From positions 28,483 to 92,482 of the IMG/VR virus record IMGVR_UViG_3300042887_002430: a stretch of DNA of 64,000 nucleotides, one strand, 5' to 3'. The position numbers and the translations under genes are program-made. Each line of letters opens with the position of its first letter. Position 1 is the first letter of the stretch. The DNA comes from a virus. Below, one piece after another: positions 19,549-30,475 of the stretch. Below the pieces are notes generated by a model, which saw only the letters and a program-made list of their open reading frames with translations, had not been told where the DNA came from and did not search any database.

Positions 19549-20052
19549 TTATTCCACAATAGTTAGTTGATTATATTTAGCTATCCAATAGGCATCAACA
19601 ATATCATATAATCCACTAGATACTTTATATTTTGATTTAAATAATACTTTAACATCTTCCGGCAATGCAGCAAACATCATAGGCTTAGTTACTTTTGCCT
19701 TAGCACTGCCGCCACTACCAGTGGCGAATTTTTTAACAGTCTTAGGAGATATAATAGTAATATCACCAATCTTTAATTCATATTTAAACTTATTAATAAT
19801 AACATATTGTAATCCTGCCAAATTTCTAATAGCATTACCATTATTGCCAAATGATAAACCTTCCATAGATAATTTAACATTTTCATGATTATTATATATT
19901 TCTTCTAATTTATTAATGATGATATGCACCCTATCATGATTATCTCCATCCTCTGGATTTGTCTTAATAACGCCAAAATCTATAATATTGTCTTTATTTA
20001 AAATACAATATCCACTACTGGTAAACGATTGGTCTAATCCAAAATAAATCAT
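19549..20052 (-). CDS. RuvC-like Holliday junction resolvase
   Basis: GLDQSFTSSG, MEG, PKTVKKFATG and DIVDAY. Confidence 0.85.
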   Translation of the reverse strand: MIYFGLDQSFTSSGYCILNKDNIIDFGVIKTNPEDGDNHDRVHIIINKLEEIYNNHENVKLSMEGLSFGNNGNAIRNLAGLQYVIINKFKYELKIGDITIISPKTVKKFATGSGGSAKAKVTKPMMFAALPEDVKVLFKSKYKVSSGLYDIVDAYWIAKYNQLTIVE

Positions 20053-20092
20053 TTAATAATCCCAAATATTAATAATAGTAAGGACTATTTAC

Positions 20093-20120
20093 AAAAAAAG
20101 CCACCTTACGGTGGCTTTTT
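20093..20120. terminator. bidirectional terminator
   Basis: A-run-GCCACC-TTAC-GGTGGC-T-run. Confidence 0.8.
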
Positions 20121-20128
20121 ATTATGAT

Positions 20129-21886
20129 TTAATTATAAGTAATCTTACTAAAATCATTTTCGGTAGAGATATACATAACTTTTTCAAACATATCAATGGT
20201 TTCCGAACGATGGGATATTAAAAATAAGGACATCTCATCTTCACTAGCCTTCATCTTTAATAATTTGATGGCATCCGATACACTATTGGTATCTAAACTA
20301 GTATCCAAAATCTCATCCATGATACATAGATTAATAGGTGATGACATCTTCTGTCTAATATCTCTAAATGCAAATATTAATCCTAATGATATCTTACCTC
20401 TTTGACCATTAGATAAATTGGAGAATTTGATGTTTCTTCCTAAGTATCTAATATCGGCTGTCATATTAGCATTAAATTCTACCATATACGGCATTCTCAT
20501 ATCCTGCAAATACTTTTGTAATCTACTATTCAGATACTTCAAATTACTATCTAACAGATTCTTACGGATGAAAGAATCCTTCTTAGTCAATAACTTAACT
20601 AAGAATTCCTGATGATATAGGATATTTCTCAATTTATCTAATCCTTTATAATCAATAGGTTCTAATTTCATATCTTCTAATTCTGCTAATTGTTCCAAAT
20701 AAACATTTTTAGAATTATGTAATTCTTCAATTTTTTGCTTAATATTTTCTGAACGATTCTTAATATTAATCAATTCTTCAATATCATCTACCGTGATACT
20801 AGCCAATAATGAATCATGTTCTTCTTGACGTTTAACCATTTCATCATCTAATACCTGTAATTGTTCAATAGTTTCCGTTAAGGTTTTATCACATTCTTCA
20901 ATAACGGTTACACAATTTTGGATATCATCTTCATTGTGATAATGTTGTTTGCATCGTGGACAGATGCTTTTTTGTAAACTATCTAATTCTTGTTCGGTCT
21001 TTTGTTTCAACCTTACAATTTTATCCTTAGTATTAGACATGGATGATGCATCTGATTTCAGTGTTCTAATTTCGCCACGGACAACATTAGCCATTGATAA
21101 ATACTTTTTTTCTTCATCAACATTAACACCATCAATCTTACCCAATTCTTTTTTATAATTAAGAATTGTTTTTTGAACCTCATCATTATGAGTTTCCGAT
21201 TTTCTTCTAATATTGGCAATATGATTATCTAATCTTTCCTGTTCTTGAATAATCCTATTCGTTTCAAATTCTTGTTTATCAACATGTTTCTTAGTTTCAC
21301 TAATCGATGCTTTTAAGGAAACTGCCTTTTCATTAAGGATATGTAAATCAAACAATCTTTCAATAAATCCTTGTTGGGAGACACCATTAGTAGCAGTTAC
21401 CGGCAAATCTAAAAAATCTGTATTGGTGGCCAGAATTAATACCATCTGAATAAACATATCATAACTAATCCCCAATATATCAACAATCAGTTGGTCTGTA
21501 TTCTTAATGCTATCTAATGATACATTATGATGCTTCTCAAATACTCCTTCATCATTATTATGGAATAATTGTACATAATTGCCATCCGCCCCAGGTTTCA
21601 TCTTTCTACATCTAACAACCTTATAATATCCTGCCTCTTTTTTATGGAAGGTAACACTAACCTCCATTTGTTTAGCATTGATATTATTGATTAAATCATC
21701 TGCTGTAGTACCAGTATTCAATGCTTTATTATATAATGCATAGACTACCGCTGCCGCAATAGTGGTCTTTCCTGTACCGTTTTGACCCTGTATTAATATT
21801 ACATCACTATGGTTTAAACTTAATTCGGTAGCAACATTTCCATAGGATAAGAAGTTTCTTAATGTTAATTTTTCAAATGTTATCAT
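20129..21886 (-). CDS. recombination ATPase, T4 gp46/SbcC-like
   Basis: NFLSYG, GQNGTGKT, Zn hook CPRC, LSNGQ, MDE and ISH; start placed at MITFEK. Confidence 0.93.
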   Translation of the reverse strand: MITFEKLTLRNFLSYGNVATELSLNHSDVILIQGQNGTGKTTIAAAVVYALYNKALNTGTTADDLINNINAKQMEVSVTFHKKEAGYYKVVRCRKMKPGADGNYVQLFHNNDEGVFEKHHNVSLDSIKNTDQLIVDILGISYDMFIQMVLILATNTDFLDLPVTATNGVSQQGFIERLFDLHILNEKAVSLKASISETKKHVDKQEFETNRIIQEQERLDNHIANIRRKSETHNDEVQKTILNYKKELGKIDGVNVDEEKKYLSMANVVRGEIRTLKSDASSMSNTKDKIVRLKQKTEQELDSLQKSICPRCKQHYHNEDDIQNCVTVIEECDKTLTETIEQLQVLDDEMVKRQEEHDSLLASITVDDIEELINIKNRSENIKQKIEELHNSKNVYLEQLAELEDMKLEPIDYKGLDKLRNILYHQEFLVKLLTKKDSFIRKNLLDSNLKYLNSRLQKYLQDMRMPYMVEFNANMTADIRYLGRNIKFSNLSNGQRGKISLGLIFAFRDIRQKMSSPINLCIMDEILDTSLDTNSVSDAIKLLKMKASEDEMSLFLISHRSETIDMFEKVMYISTENDFSKITYN

Positions 21887-21973
21887 AATTTTTTGATTTT
21901 CAATGTTAAAGAGGTTGATGGTATAATATTCATATTCGAATGTCAATAATATAAATGTATAAATAGATTCACA

Positions 21974-22002
21974 AACCCCTATGACCTTTGGTCATAGGGG
22001 TT
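21974..22002. terminator. stem-loop between gp47 and gp46
   Basis: AACCCCTATGACC/GGTCATAGGGGTT. Confidence 0.6.
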
Positions 22003-22008
22003 ATATTA

Positions 22009-23052
22009 TTATAATTCTCCGTACAATTTTACCAATAATTTATTATTGACTTTATCACCTTCAATCTTTTTTAGCATATCAATAATCGCATCATTGATAG
22101 ATATGATAGAAGTATCATCAATTTGTTCAATATCATCAAAGACATAATTGATAGGTGGTTCTTCAATAGCTAGGGTAATAAGACCAAAATCATTTTGTAT
22201 ACGATTTTTAAATTCCATCAATTCTGAATAGTCCATTGCAATATCTGAAATTATTTTACAATTACAATTTTCAGGAATGGTTACTTTCTTATCGAGAACA
22301 TCTGAAAGATTGACTTTCATATATCGTGGACTATCGTCCCAATCATAAAATGATAATTTGTCAGTATCTAATTCATGGATAGCAAATCCTTTATTGGTAT
22401 CAGTTTCTGAAAAATCCATGGAGAATATATTACCAATATAATCAACGTTTCCTAATCTTTGCCGTTTATGAAAATGTCCTGATAGGATTCGTTGAAATTT
22501 GGCATATTTTTTATGGTCGGGACCACCTTCAAATTTATTATCGGCACCTGTTACAACAAAACCATTAAATTCTAAATGACCATACCAATAGGCTGCATCA
22601 TATTTAAGAATGGTTTCATATTCATCATGCATTAGATATGGTGTTAATAGTACATCTTCTATAAAATCTGATGATAATGTAATTTCATCAATGATAGTAA
22701 CATTTGAAAATTCTTTGAACATTACTAGAGAATGGATAGAACGGTCACTTTTTCTATACATATCATGGTTGCCGGTTAGCATATAGATAGGAATATTAAG
22801 ATTATTAAGATTCTTAATAGCTCTACAAGCATAATTGATTGTAGAGATATTGATGGCATTGCGAGTTTCAAAGAAGTCACCTAAGATGACGATATGGTCT
22901 ACCTTATGTTTGATAGAGCCATCACAGGCATAATCAATAAAGTCATAACATTTTTGATTATGTTCATCACTATTGTTTTTTCTACCGAAATGTACATCTG
23001 TAAAGTGCAACCCTTTCTTTAATTTTTTCATGATTATCCTGAAATTTTTCAA
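22009..23052 (-). CDS. recombination endonuclease, T4 gp47/SbcD-like
   Basis: TDVHFG, LGDFF, GNHD, GHLE and SGHFH. Confidence 0.93.
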   Translation of the reverse strand: MKNFRIIMKKLKKGLHFTDVHFGRKNNSDEHNQKCYDFIDYACDGSIKHKVDHIVILGDFFETRNAINISTINYACRAIKNLNNLNIPIYMLTGNHDMYRKSDRSIHSLVMFKEFSNVTIIDEITLSSDFIEDVLLTPYLMHDEYETILKYDAAYWYGHLEFNGFVVTGADNKFEGGPDHKKYAKFQRILSGHFHKRQRLGNVDYIGNIFSMDFSETDTNKGFAIHELDTDKLSFYDWDDSPRYMKVNLSDVLDKKVTIPENCNCKIISDIAMDYSELMEFKNRIQNDFGLITLAIEEPPINYVFDDIEQIDDTSIISINDAIIDMLKKIEGDKVNNKLLVKLYGEL

Positions 23053-23099
23053 AATTGAATAGTCATGATACGTGATACAAAAAAAAATTGCAATAAGTA

Positions 23100-23220
23100 T
23101 TGACAGTTTTATTTTTTATGGTAAACTGTTATTGTCAATTGGGTGGGAGTCCAATTGATGGGAGATAGTAATGTTGTAAAATAACCCACTATATTAATAT
23201 GATATGGTGGGTTTCTTATT
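23100..23220 (+). ncRNA. candidate small RNA (promoter, hairpin, terminator, no ORF)
   Basis: TTGACA-N16-TAAACT, a 10-bp hairpin at 23133-23160 and a terminator at 23183-23220. Confidence 0.4.
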
Positions 23221-23703
23221 TTAATCTTCTACATTATCGTGATGTTCACTAGGTGCAAACATAACTTCGGCAGGATTGAATAATACTGAGGAGTCCACAA
23301 CATGATTTTCAGTTAATTGAGCTTTATAATCTTCTGCAAATGTTCGGCTAGGGTCTAATCCTTCATGGACTAAAAGACTATCACGAATATTACGTTGTTT
23401 CTTCTCAGCTTTAAGATATTGAATGAAGCTATTGAAAATATATGTGGATAGGTAGGAGAATACATTACTAGATTTTGTAGCATCGAATGACCTCCAATTT
23501 TTAACGATATTTAATAGTGCATAACTTTTCATATCATCAATATAAGTATATGCTGCAAAGTTAGGACGATTTGCTATTCGTTCACATAATAACATAACCA
23601 TTTTAGATAATTCATCGGTCATTTTATTCTGTTGTTTTGATAATTCCATTTGTTCTAAAAGATTATGATTACTTAAATAATTCCGTGCTGGTTTTTTTGC
23701 CAT
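23221..23703 (-). CDS. late-transcription sigma factor, T4 gp55-like
   Basis: NYLSN..LL, RPNFAAYTYIDDM, FDATKSSNVFSYL and EKKQ. Confidence 0.9.
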   Translation of the reverse strand: MAKKPARNYLSNHNLLEQMELSKQQNKMTDELSKMVMLLCERIANRPNFAAYTYIDDMKSYALLNIVKNWRSFDATKSSNVFSYLSTYIFNSFIQYLKAEKKQRNIRDSLLVHEGLDPSRTFAEDYKAQLTENHVVDSSVLFNPAEVMFAPSEHHDNVED

Positions 23704-23849
23704 GTAGTATAATCCTAAAAAGAGTTATATAATATGTTATTAATAATATTAAATATTATTTTAATAACTATTAAAAAATAATTACTGGGAGTATACCATA
23801 AAAATTAATAAATATATAATTAATTTAGGTATTTTAATAGTGTTTATAT

Positions 23850-24449
23850 ATGGCTGAAGATTTTAAAGTAAAATTGATTGGTAATGTTAGTGGATTATCT
23901 GTAATATTTGATGCTATGCCACAGATAGGGGTGCATCATACTGCAAAGTATTCTCCAATAGAACCATCTCATTTAATTGGTTCTTATTATGTATATGATA
24001 ACTCACCTAGTGCAACATATTCATTAAGTGATGTTAAATTAGTATCACGTAATCCCAAAGAGGCTGGTGAAAATTTAAAAAGGATTTTAACCTTAAAATC
24101 ATGGACAAAATCTTATTTTGGTAAGACCGATAATTTTGGTAGTGCTAATGATGATTTGTCGCAATGGTTGGGGTCACCACCAGAAGTATTAACATTTTCT
24201 GCTTATTCTACTGGCGATAGTCGTGGACATATATACAATATACCTGTAGTATTAACATCTTTAGATATTAGTTATCCTAATGATGTTGATTATATATTTA
24301 CTGGAAATGATACTGGTGATAAACTTAATGGAACACCATTTCCTAGTATATTGACAATATCATTAGCATTAAATGAACAACATTCTGCACAGGATTATGA
24401 ATCATTTAATTTACATAAGTATCGCAACGGCATTTTGGATAACTTCTAA
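23850..24449 (+). CDS. baseplate or tail-tube-initiator-like protein
   Basis: GSPPEVLTF, PVVLTS and YPNDVDY; next to a gp53-like gene. Confidence 0.6.
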   Translation: MAEDFKVKLIGNVSGLSVIFDAMPQIGVHHTAKYSPIEPSHLIGSYYVYDNSPSATYSLSDVKLVSRNPKEAGENLKRILTLKSWTKSYFGKTDNFGSANDDLSQWLGSPPEVLTFSAYSTGDSRGHIYNIPVVLTSLDISYPNDVDYIFTGNDTGDKLNGTPFPSILTISLALNEQHSAQDYESFNLHKYRNGILDNF

Positions 24450-24721
24450 TGAATAGTTATAGTAGACATGAAAAGGGTGGAGTAGTAACAGATGGTTTTT
24501 GGAAAAAAACTATTTTTACAAAATCATTAGATGATTTAAAAATTACTATTTCTGCTAAGTATGTAAAACGTCCAGATTTGGTAGCATATGATTTATATGG
24601 TAGACCAGATTTAATGTGGTTTGTTTTACAATATAATGATATTTTAAATATTAATGAATTTGTTTTAAATAAGCAAATTACTTTACCGTCACCATCTCGT
24701 TTTAGCATGGGCATGTTATAA
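24449..24721 (+). CDS. baseplate wedge gp53-like (LysM-like) protein
   Basis: RPDLVAYDLYG...LMWFVLQYN. Confidence 0.8.
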   Translation: MNSYSRHEKGGVVTDGFWKKTIFTKSLDDLKITISAKYVKRPDLVAYDLYGRPDLMWFVLQYNDILNINEFVLNKQITLPSPSRFSMGML

Positions 24722-26635
24722 ATGGCAACATATAATCCATTACATCAGTATAGAAGTTATCAATATCATTTTGTATTAATAGCTACTGATAAAATTAATA
24801 ATTTAGTAGGATTTGATGATAATGGTGATGGTGATTTAGATAGATATAAACATGCTGAAGATAATAAGTATGGTGCTAAAGAATTTGGGGGTATGAAGTA
24901 TGCCGTAATCTATAATTCTATGCAGGATGCCAATTTCTATATAGATTCATTAGAATTGACACATATTAACGGTTCATCGTCCGATAAAGGTGTTAGTGAA
25001 TCTGTACTAACACAAAAGATGAGTATGGTTATTAAAGAACCATATACTGCTGATTTTATTACTGCTATGCATATAGCATATCAAAATGTATCTAATAATG
25101 AAAATATTCCTAAATCTTTATCTATTCAATATATGAGATTTGGATTAAAAATTATTTTTACAGGATATACTGAAGATAATACTGCTAATAAACCAAATGT
25201 TATCACCAACATAAATTTAATACCCTTTAGCATATCTACATTAGATATGTCATTATCTAAAGATGGTGCTACTTATAATATGACCTGTATACCAATGATT
25301 AATTCTGCTGCATTTCGGTCACCAACAACCAATTTTGGTGGTATTAAAGTAACAGTTAAGAAAAAATTATCTGATGCTTTAAAAAAGTTGCAAGATACCA
25401 TCAATGATAATATGAAGAAAAAATATGACGAACATAAAAAATCTACTCCTGATGATACCAGTCCTTTATTAGAATATAATATATTATTGGACCCAGTATA
25501 TGCTGGTAATGAATATGTATTAGACCAATTTTCGAAAGACCAACATAATGGAGATGATGATAGTACAGTCAATTTTACTACTACAGATAGTGACACATTA
25601 ACAAAAATCCTAGAAAATATGATGAATATGTCACAGAAAGTATCTAAAGAAACGGAAATGGTTGATAATATTAGATATACTCATAGGATAATTAGTGGTG
25701 GTCCCTATTTTTCAAAAGATGGTAAAACCGAAAAATATGTATATTTAATATATCAACAGAAAATAGCTCCTCAAACTGCTGATGAAAGTTCTGGTAGTAA
25801 AGTAGTCACATTTCCGTTATCATATGACTATCTCTATACTGGGAAAAATTATGATATTCTGAATTTTGATATGAGAATAAAGGGGATGGCAACCTCCAGA
25901 GAATTGATTACGGTTATAAATCCTTCATCATATAGTGGTGATAATAAATCAACAGTAGAAGTTTCCAAAAAAGTATCCGATTCTGATAAAAAAGATGCCA
26001 GTAAATTGGTAACTAGTGAAAATGAAGAGGTGATGACTACTACTTATAATGATGATAAAACTCATGCAAAACCATTAACTAGAATAGACCCGCAACGTAT
26101 AGGGACTGGTGCTATAGCCCCTGATACTCTATATAGTGGCCGGAAAGCTATTTCTGCTGCATTGATTGGTACCATGAATGATAATCTAACCATTAGACTG
26201 ATTGGGAACCCGGCATTATTGCAAAATATGGTACCCGATTCGAGTATGTTTGTTAATACTGCTGGTGATGTTAAAAGTGCTGCAGAAGTAATACAGAATT
26301 TTAGTAAGGTAGTAAACAATCATTATAGTTCATATCCTTGTGTGGATATTAACGTAAGAGTACCAAAACCTAGTACCATGCAGGGTAATGTATACAGTTC
26401 TAGTGAGGCTGAAACATATTATAGCTTGCCATTCTTTGATGATAGGTATTATTATATCAAAGATACCATTAGTCGATTTAGCCATGGTGTCTTTGAACAA
26501 TCTATGGATTTGGTAGTAATGAATAAAGAAGATAGAGTATCTCATATCACTACTAATAAAATTGGTGATAAAAAATCAGATGATGGCGCAGCCGCAAAGG
26601 CAGAACCAACAGTTAAAAAAGCCACATTACTATAA
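24722..26635 (+). CDS. probable baseplate hub-like structural protein
   Basis: NPLHQYRSYQY, YDYLYTGKNYDI, IGNP and FSHGVFEQ; gene context. Confidence 0.55.
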   Translation: MATYNPLHQYRSYQYHFVLIATDKINNLVGFDDNGDGDLDRYKHAEDNKYGAKEFGGMKYAVIYNSMQDANFYIDSLELTHINGSSSDKGVSESVLTQKMSMVIKEPYTADFITAMHIAYQNVSNNENIPKSLSIQYMRFGLKIIFTGYTEDNTANKPNVITNINLIPFSISTLDMSLSKDGATYNMTCIPMINSAAFRSPTTNFGGIKVTVKKKLSDALKKLQDTINDNMKKKYDEHKKSTPDDTSPLLEYNILLDPVYAGNEYVLDQFSKDQHNGDDDSTVNFTTTDSDTLTKILENMMNMSQKVSKETEMVDNIRYTHRIISGGPYFSKDGKTEKYVYLIYQQKIAPQTADESSGSKVVTFPLSYDYLYTGKNYDILNFDMRIKGMATSRELITVINPSSYSGDNKSTVEVSKKVSDSDKKDASKLVTSENEEVMTTTYNDDKTHAKPLTRIDPQRIGTGAIAPDTLYSGRKAISAALIGTMNDNLTIRLIGNPALLQNMVPDSSMFVNTAGDVKSAAEVIQNFSKVVNNHYSSYPCVDINVRVPKPSTMQGNVYSSSEAETYYSLPFFDDRYYYIKDTISRFSHGVFEQSMDLVVMNKEDRVSHITTNKIGDKKSDDGAAAKAEPTVKKATLL

Positions 26636-26636
26636 A

Positions 26637-26690
26637 AATCACCATCCCGAAGGGATGGTGATTGACAATACTTTATAATTATAATATAAT
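26637..26690 (+). promoter_or_regulatory. terminator overlapping a consensus sigma70 promoter of the DNA polymerase gene
   Basis: Hairpin at 26637-26663, then TTGACA-N17-TATAAT at 26662-26690. Confidence 0.75.
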
Positions 26691-26726
26691 TTTTCAAAAT
26701 AATTTTAAATTTTACGAGAATAAACA

Positions 26727-29700
26727 ATGACATATATTAGTGCATTTATGCCAAGGGATGAAAAAGGATTTATTACTGAAGATGTGGTATATGTATATGA
26801 ATGCATTAATCATAAAAATATCTTAAAAAAGTATCCGGCAATCTTTGAATATTATACAAAATCAGAACGTGGACAATATACCAGCATCTTTGGGGAAACA
26901 TTAACAAAGGTTGTCTATAGTTCTACTAGAGAATTTAGAATAGCCAAGAAAGAGGCACTAGAAAATGGGGATAAGTTATATGAATCTGATATTCCGCCAG
27001 AAACTAAAGTTCTTATGGAACATTATTATGGTAAACCTGCCCCAGATTTGAATGTATTATTCTATGATATCGAGGTTGATTATGTTTCCAGAAAGTTTAA
27101 TGATGCCGATATTGTTACTATTCGTGCCAAAGGCGATGATGCAACACATAATGAAGAATTAAAATTAATTAGAGAATTAGAGCCGCAGAATAGGGAACTA
27201 TTTGAATTATATGATGATATGCTCAAACAATGGGTATCATATGAAGATTCAAGATTCTCCTATATGGGCGAAACAGGATTCTCATCACCATTAAATCCTT
27301 ATGCCCCTATTAATGCTATTTCTATTTTCAAACAATGGTTGGGAAAGTCTATTGTATTAGCAGTTCCTCCGAAAGGGTGGGACATATCTGAATTAGACCA
27401 ATCATTATCAGAATTAGCAGAAATTAGATTCTTTAAAACCGAAAAAGAATTATTGATGGAATTCCTTTCAGAATTGGAAGATGCTAATGTATTATCTGGC
27501 TATAACTCATCATACTTCGATGACCCATATGTTGCTAAAAGGGTAGAGATGGTATTAGGTGATTATTTCTTCAAGAAATTATCTATGAAAAAGGCAAATC
27601 TTGCCCAATTTAGAGAAGTGTTTGTTAAGGGTAAAAAACAATTACAAGTACAATTAGGTGGTCGTGCACAGTTAGATTATCTGGAATTATTCAAAAAGTT
27701 TGAACAGGCTGAAAGACCGTCCTATAAATTGGAAGCCATTTCTGCAGAAATTCTACCACATCTAACAAAATTAGAATATACCGGAACATTAGAACAATTG
27801 TATCATAATGATTTTAATCATTTTTTACGATATAACATTCGTGATACTGAAATCCTAAATGGGTTTGAGCAAAAATTGAATTATATTAAACTTGCTAATG
27901 ATATGATTCATTCTAATACCAGTAACTTTAATAATATTTTTGGTACGGTTAGGGTGGTTGATAATTCTATTATTAACTATTGTCACCATGTTAAAAATGT
28001 TATTGTTCCTGATAAATGGGATACTGCGGATGGTAGTATTCAAGGTGCATATGTATTATATCCTCAAAAAGGTATGCATAGATGGATATGTGCTATTGAT
28101 ATCAATAGTTTATATCCTTCTGCTATGAGAGCTATTAATATTAGTCCAGAAACCATGATTGGACAGTTTATTGATAATATGAAAGCCTGGAAATGTATCA
28201 GTGAACGAGTTGAAATCGATTTAGCATTCAAATATGAAAATGGTAGTATAGAGGTAAAAACCACGTCAGAATGGATAGAACTATTCTTAGCAAAGAAATG
28301 GGCTGTTAGTGGATATGGTACCGTATATGACCAGAATGAAGAGGGTGTTATCCCATCGTTATTATCATCATGGTATACATTACGTAAAGAATATCAAGCA
28401 TTGAAAAAGAAATTTGGTAACATGTGTGATGAATTAAAATTAGAACATGGTACATTGACGGCTAAACAGTTAAAAGAATATGATGCATTGGATGATAATC
28501 ATAAGAAAGAATATAAGTTAAAGAATGCTAAACTATCTAAAGAGAATAAAAAACAATATGATGAATATTATGAAGAATCTAAAAAGAATGACCGATTCCA
28601 ATATATCTATAAGATTTTGTTGAATTCTACTTATGGGTGTTTAAGTAATTATAATTTTAGATTCTTTAGATTAGAAGCTGGTGAATCGGTAACAGGTACA
28701 GGCAGAATGATTCTAAAACATCAATGTAGAGAAGTTAATAAAATGTTAGAAAATAATTATGATATTGAGTTTCCTCTATACGAAAGTAAGAAAGTCATTG
28801 ATAAAATGATTAAGGTTTATAATAAAAAAATGGCAGTTATCCATGCTGAAAATAAACCAGAGGTAGCTGAAGATGCTAGTTTGCATCAATATATTGAAAC
28901 ACTTAACCAAGAATATTATCATCCATCATTATTAACACATGATATTGCCTTAGATGGACCAGTGTTTAAAGGAAAATTTACTTCTAAATCAGTTATTTAC
29001 GGTGATAGTGTTGCTGGTGATACTATAATTTATTTGTCTGATAGATGTGTATTCATTGAAGATTTAATGACTGATGATATTATCTATCGGGAGGGTAAAG
29101 AGTATTGCAATTTAAATAATGTTCAAGCATTGACCTATGATAAATTATCAGATACTACTACATTTAGAGATATCAAATACGTCATGAGACATAAATGTGA
29201 GAAACAAATGTATCGGGTATGGACATCTAATAACAGTTATATTGATGTTACCGAAGACCATAGTTTAATGCATTTTGTTAATGGTGTGGTATCAGAAGTT
29301 AAACCATTTGAAGATATTGGAAAATTAATTTGTGTCAACGGTACAGATACTGTTATTGATACCTTAATATTTGATAGTAAAGATACTGCTATGATACAAG
29401 TATTTGATATGCTTAATAACGGTCAATATGCCACCGTTACCAGCATTGGAGATATGTTTATGGTTAATTCTGCAAATATTAAATCTGAAAGTATTGGTAA
29501 GGATTTTAATACTAGTGATGTTTATAAAATTGAAAAAATATCTTACGATGGGTATGTTTATGATATTGAAGTAGATGATACACATGTGTTTTATGCTAAT
29601 AATATATTAGTACATAATACCGATAGTACCTATTTTGTGGTTCCGGCAAAGGATAAAGAAGAAGCTGTGGAAATGTCAGATTTTATTGCAGAACGGGTGA

Positions 29701-30431
29701 ATAAATCCTATCCTAAATTTATGAAACATGCATTTTTATGTCAACCAGTATTTGATAAAATGATTGCATGTGGTCGTGAAATTGTCGGCGATAATTCTAT
29801 CTTTGTTAATAAAAAACTTTATACAATTCATGTAGTTGATAATGAGGGAAAGGCGGAAGATAAGATTAAAACAATGGGGTTAGCTATTAAGAAAACTACC
29901 TTACCTAAACCTATTGCAACAAAATTAACATCATTTGTTAAACGTTTATTAATCGGTGAAGATTGGTCAACTATTTCCCATGATGTTGTTGATTATAAAA
30001 AAGAATTGAAGAATTTGGATAATTTATTAGAGATGGGTCTCCCGAAAGGTGTGAATGGATTAGAAGATTATTATAAGAAATATTTAGATGATTCTGGTAC
30101 TAATCTTCCGGGACACGTAGCAGCATCTATATTCTATAATATTAATTTAAAAGAATATGCAGATTATGATAATGCTCCGATATCATCAGGTAACAAAATT
30201 AAGGTATATTATCTTAAAAAACCGGAAGGACGATTTAAAGCTATAGCATTGCCTACTGATTTGGAAACTGTCCCAGAATGGTTTACTGAGAATTTTATTA
30301 ATCGGTTAGATGTTGAATTACAGATTTCAAAATTAGTAGATGACCCATTAGAGAGTATCCTTAATGCTATTGATTATAAGGTACCTACCCAACAGTTGTT
30401 AATGATGGAAGATGCTTTCGTCTGGGATTGA
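26727..30431 (+). CDS. family B DNA polymerase, T4 gp43-like, with intein
   Basis: YDIE, GYNS..FD, YNIRD, DINSLYPS, KILLNSTYG and YGD/TDS. Confidence 0.96.
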   Translation: MTYISAFMPRDEKGFITEDVVYVYECINHKNILKKYPAIFEYYTKSERGQYTSIFGETLTKVVYSSTREFRIAKKEALENGDKLYESDIPPETKVLMEHYYGKPAPDLNVLFYDIEVDYVSRKFNDADIVTIRAKGDDATHNEELKLIRELEPQNRELFELYDDMLKQWVSYEDSRFSYMGETGFSSPLNPYAPINAISIFKQWLGKSIVLAVPPKGWDISELDQSLSELAEIRFFKTEKELLMEFLSELEDANVLSGYNSSYFDDPYVAKRVEMVLGDYFFKKLSMKKANLAQFREVFVKGKKQLQVQLGGRAQLDYLELFKKFEQAERPSYKLEAISAEILPHLTKLEYTGTLEQLYHNDFNHFLRYNIRDTEILNGFEQKLNYIKLANDMIHSNTSNFNNIFGTVRVVDNSIINYCHHVKNVIVPDKWDTADGSIQGAYVLYPQKGMHRWICAIDINSLYPSAMRAINISPETMIGQFIDNMKAWKCISERVEIDLAFKYENGSIEVKTTSEWIELFLAKKWAVSGYGTVYDQNEEGVIPSLLSSWYTLRKEYQALKKKFGNMCDELKLEHGTLTAKQLKEYDALDDNHKKEYKLKNAKLSKENKKQYDEYYEESKKNDRFQYIYKILLNSTYGCLSNYNFRFFRLEAGESVTGTGRMILKHQCREVNKMLENNYDIEFPLYESKKVIDKMIKVYNKKMAVIHAENKPEVAEDASLHQYIETLNQEYYHPSLLTHDIALDGPVFKGKFTSKSVIYGDSVAGDTIIYLSDRCVFIEDLMTDDIIYREGKEYCNLNNVQALTYDKLSDTTTFRDIKYVMRHKCEKQMYRVWTSNNSYIDVTEDHSLMHFVNGVVSEVKPFEDIGKLICVNGTDTVIDTLIFDSKDTAMIQVFDMLNNGQYATVTSIGDMFMVNSANIKSESIGKDFNTSDVYKIEKISYDGYVYDIEVDDTHVFYANNILVHNTDSTYFVVPAKDKEEAVEMSDFIAERVNKSYPKFMKHAFLCQPVFDKMIACGREIVGDNSIFVNKKLYTIHVVDNEGKAEDKIKTMGLAIKKTTLPKPIATKLTSFVKRLLIGEDWSTISHDVVDYKKELKNLDNLLEMGLPKGVNGLEDYYKKYLDDSGTNLPGHVAASIFYNINLKEYADYDNAPISSGNKIKVYYLKKPEGRFKAIALPTDLETVPEWFTENFINRLDVELQISKLVDDPLESILNAIDYKVPTQQLLMMEDAFVWD
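29007..29618 (+). mobile_element. mini-intein (204 aa) splitting the YGD|TDS motif
   Basis: Starts SVAGDT, has block B VTEDHS, ends LVHN followed by Thr. Confidence 0.93.
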
Positions 30432-30456
30432 CAATTGGTAAATAATAGTGTATCAT
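30428..30456 (+). promoter_or_regulatory. sigma70 promoter driving the mini-CRISPR
   Basis: TTGACA-N17-TATCAT, 20 nt before repeat 1. Confidence 0.65.
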
Positions 30457-30475
30457 TTTTAAAATTTGTTAATGA

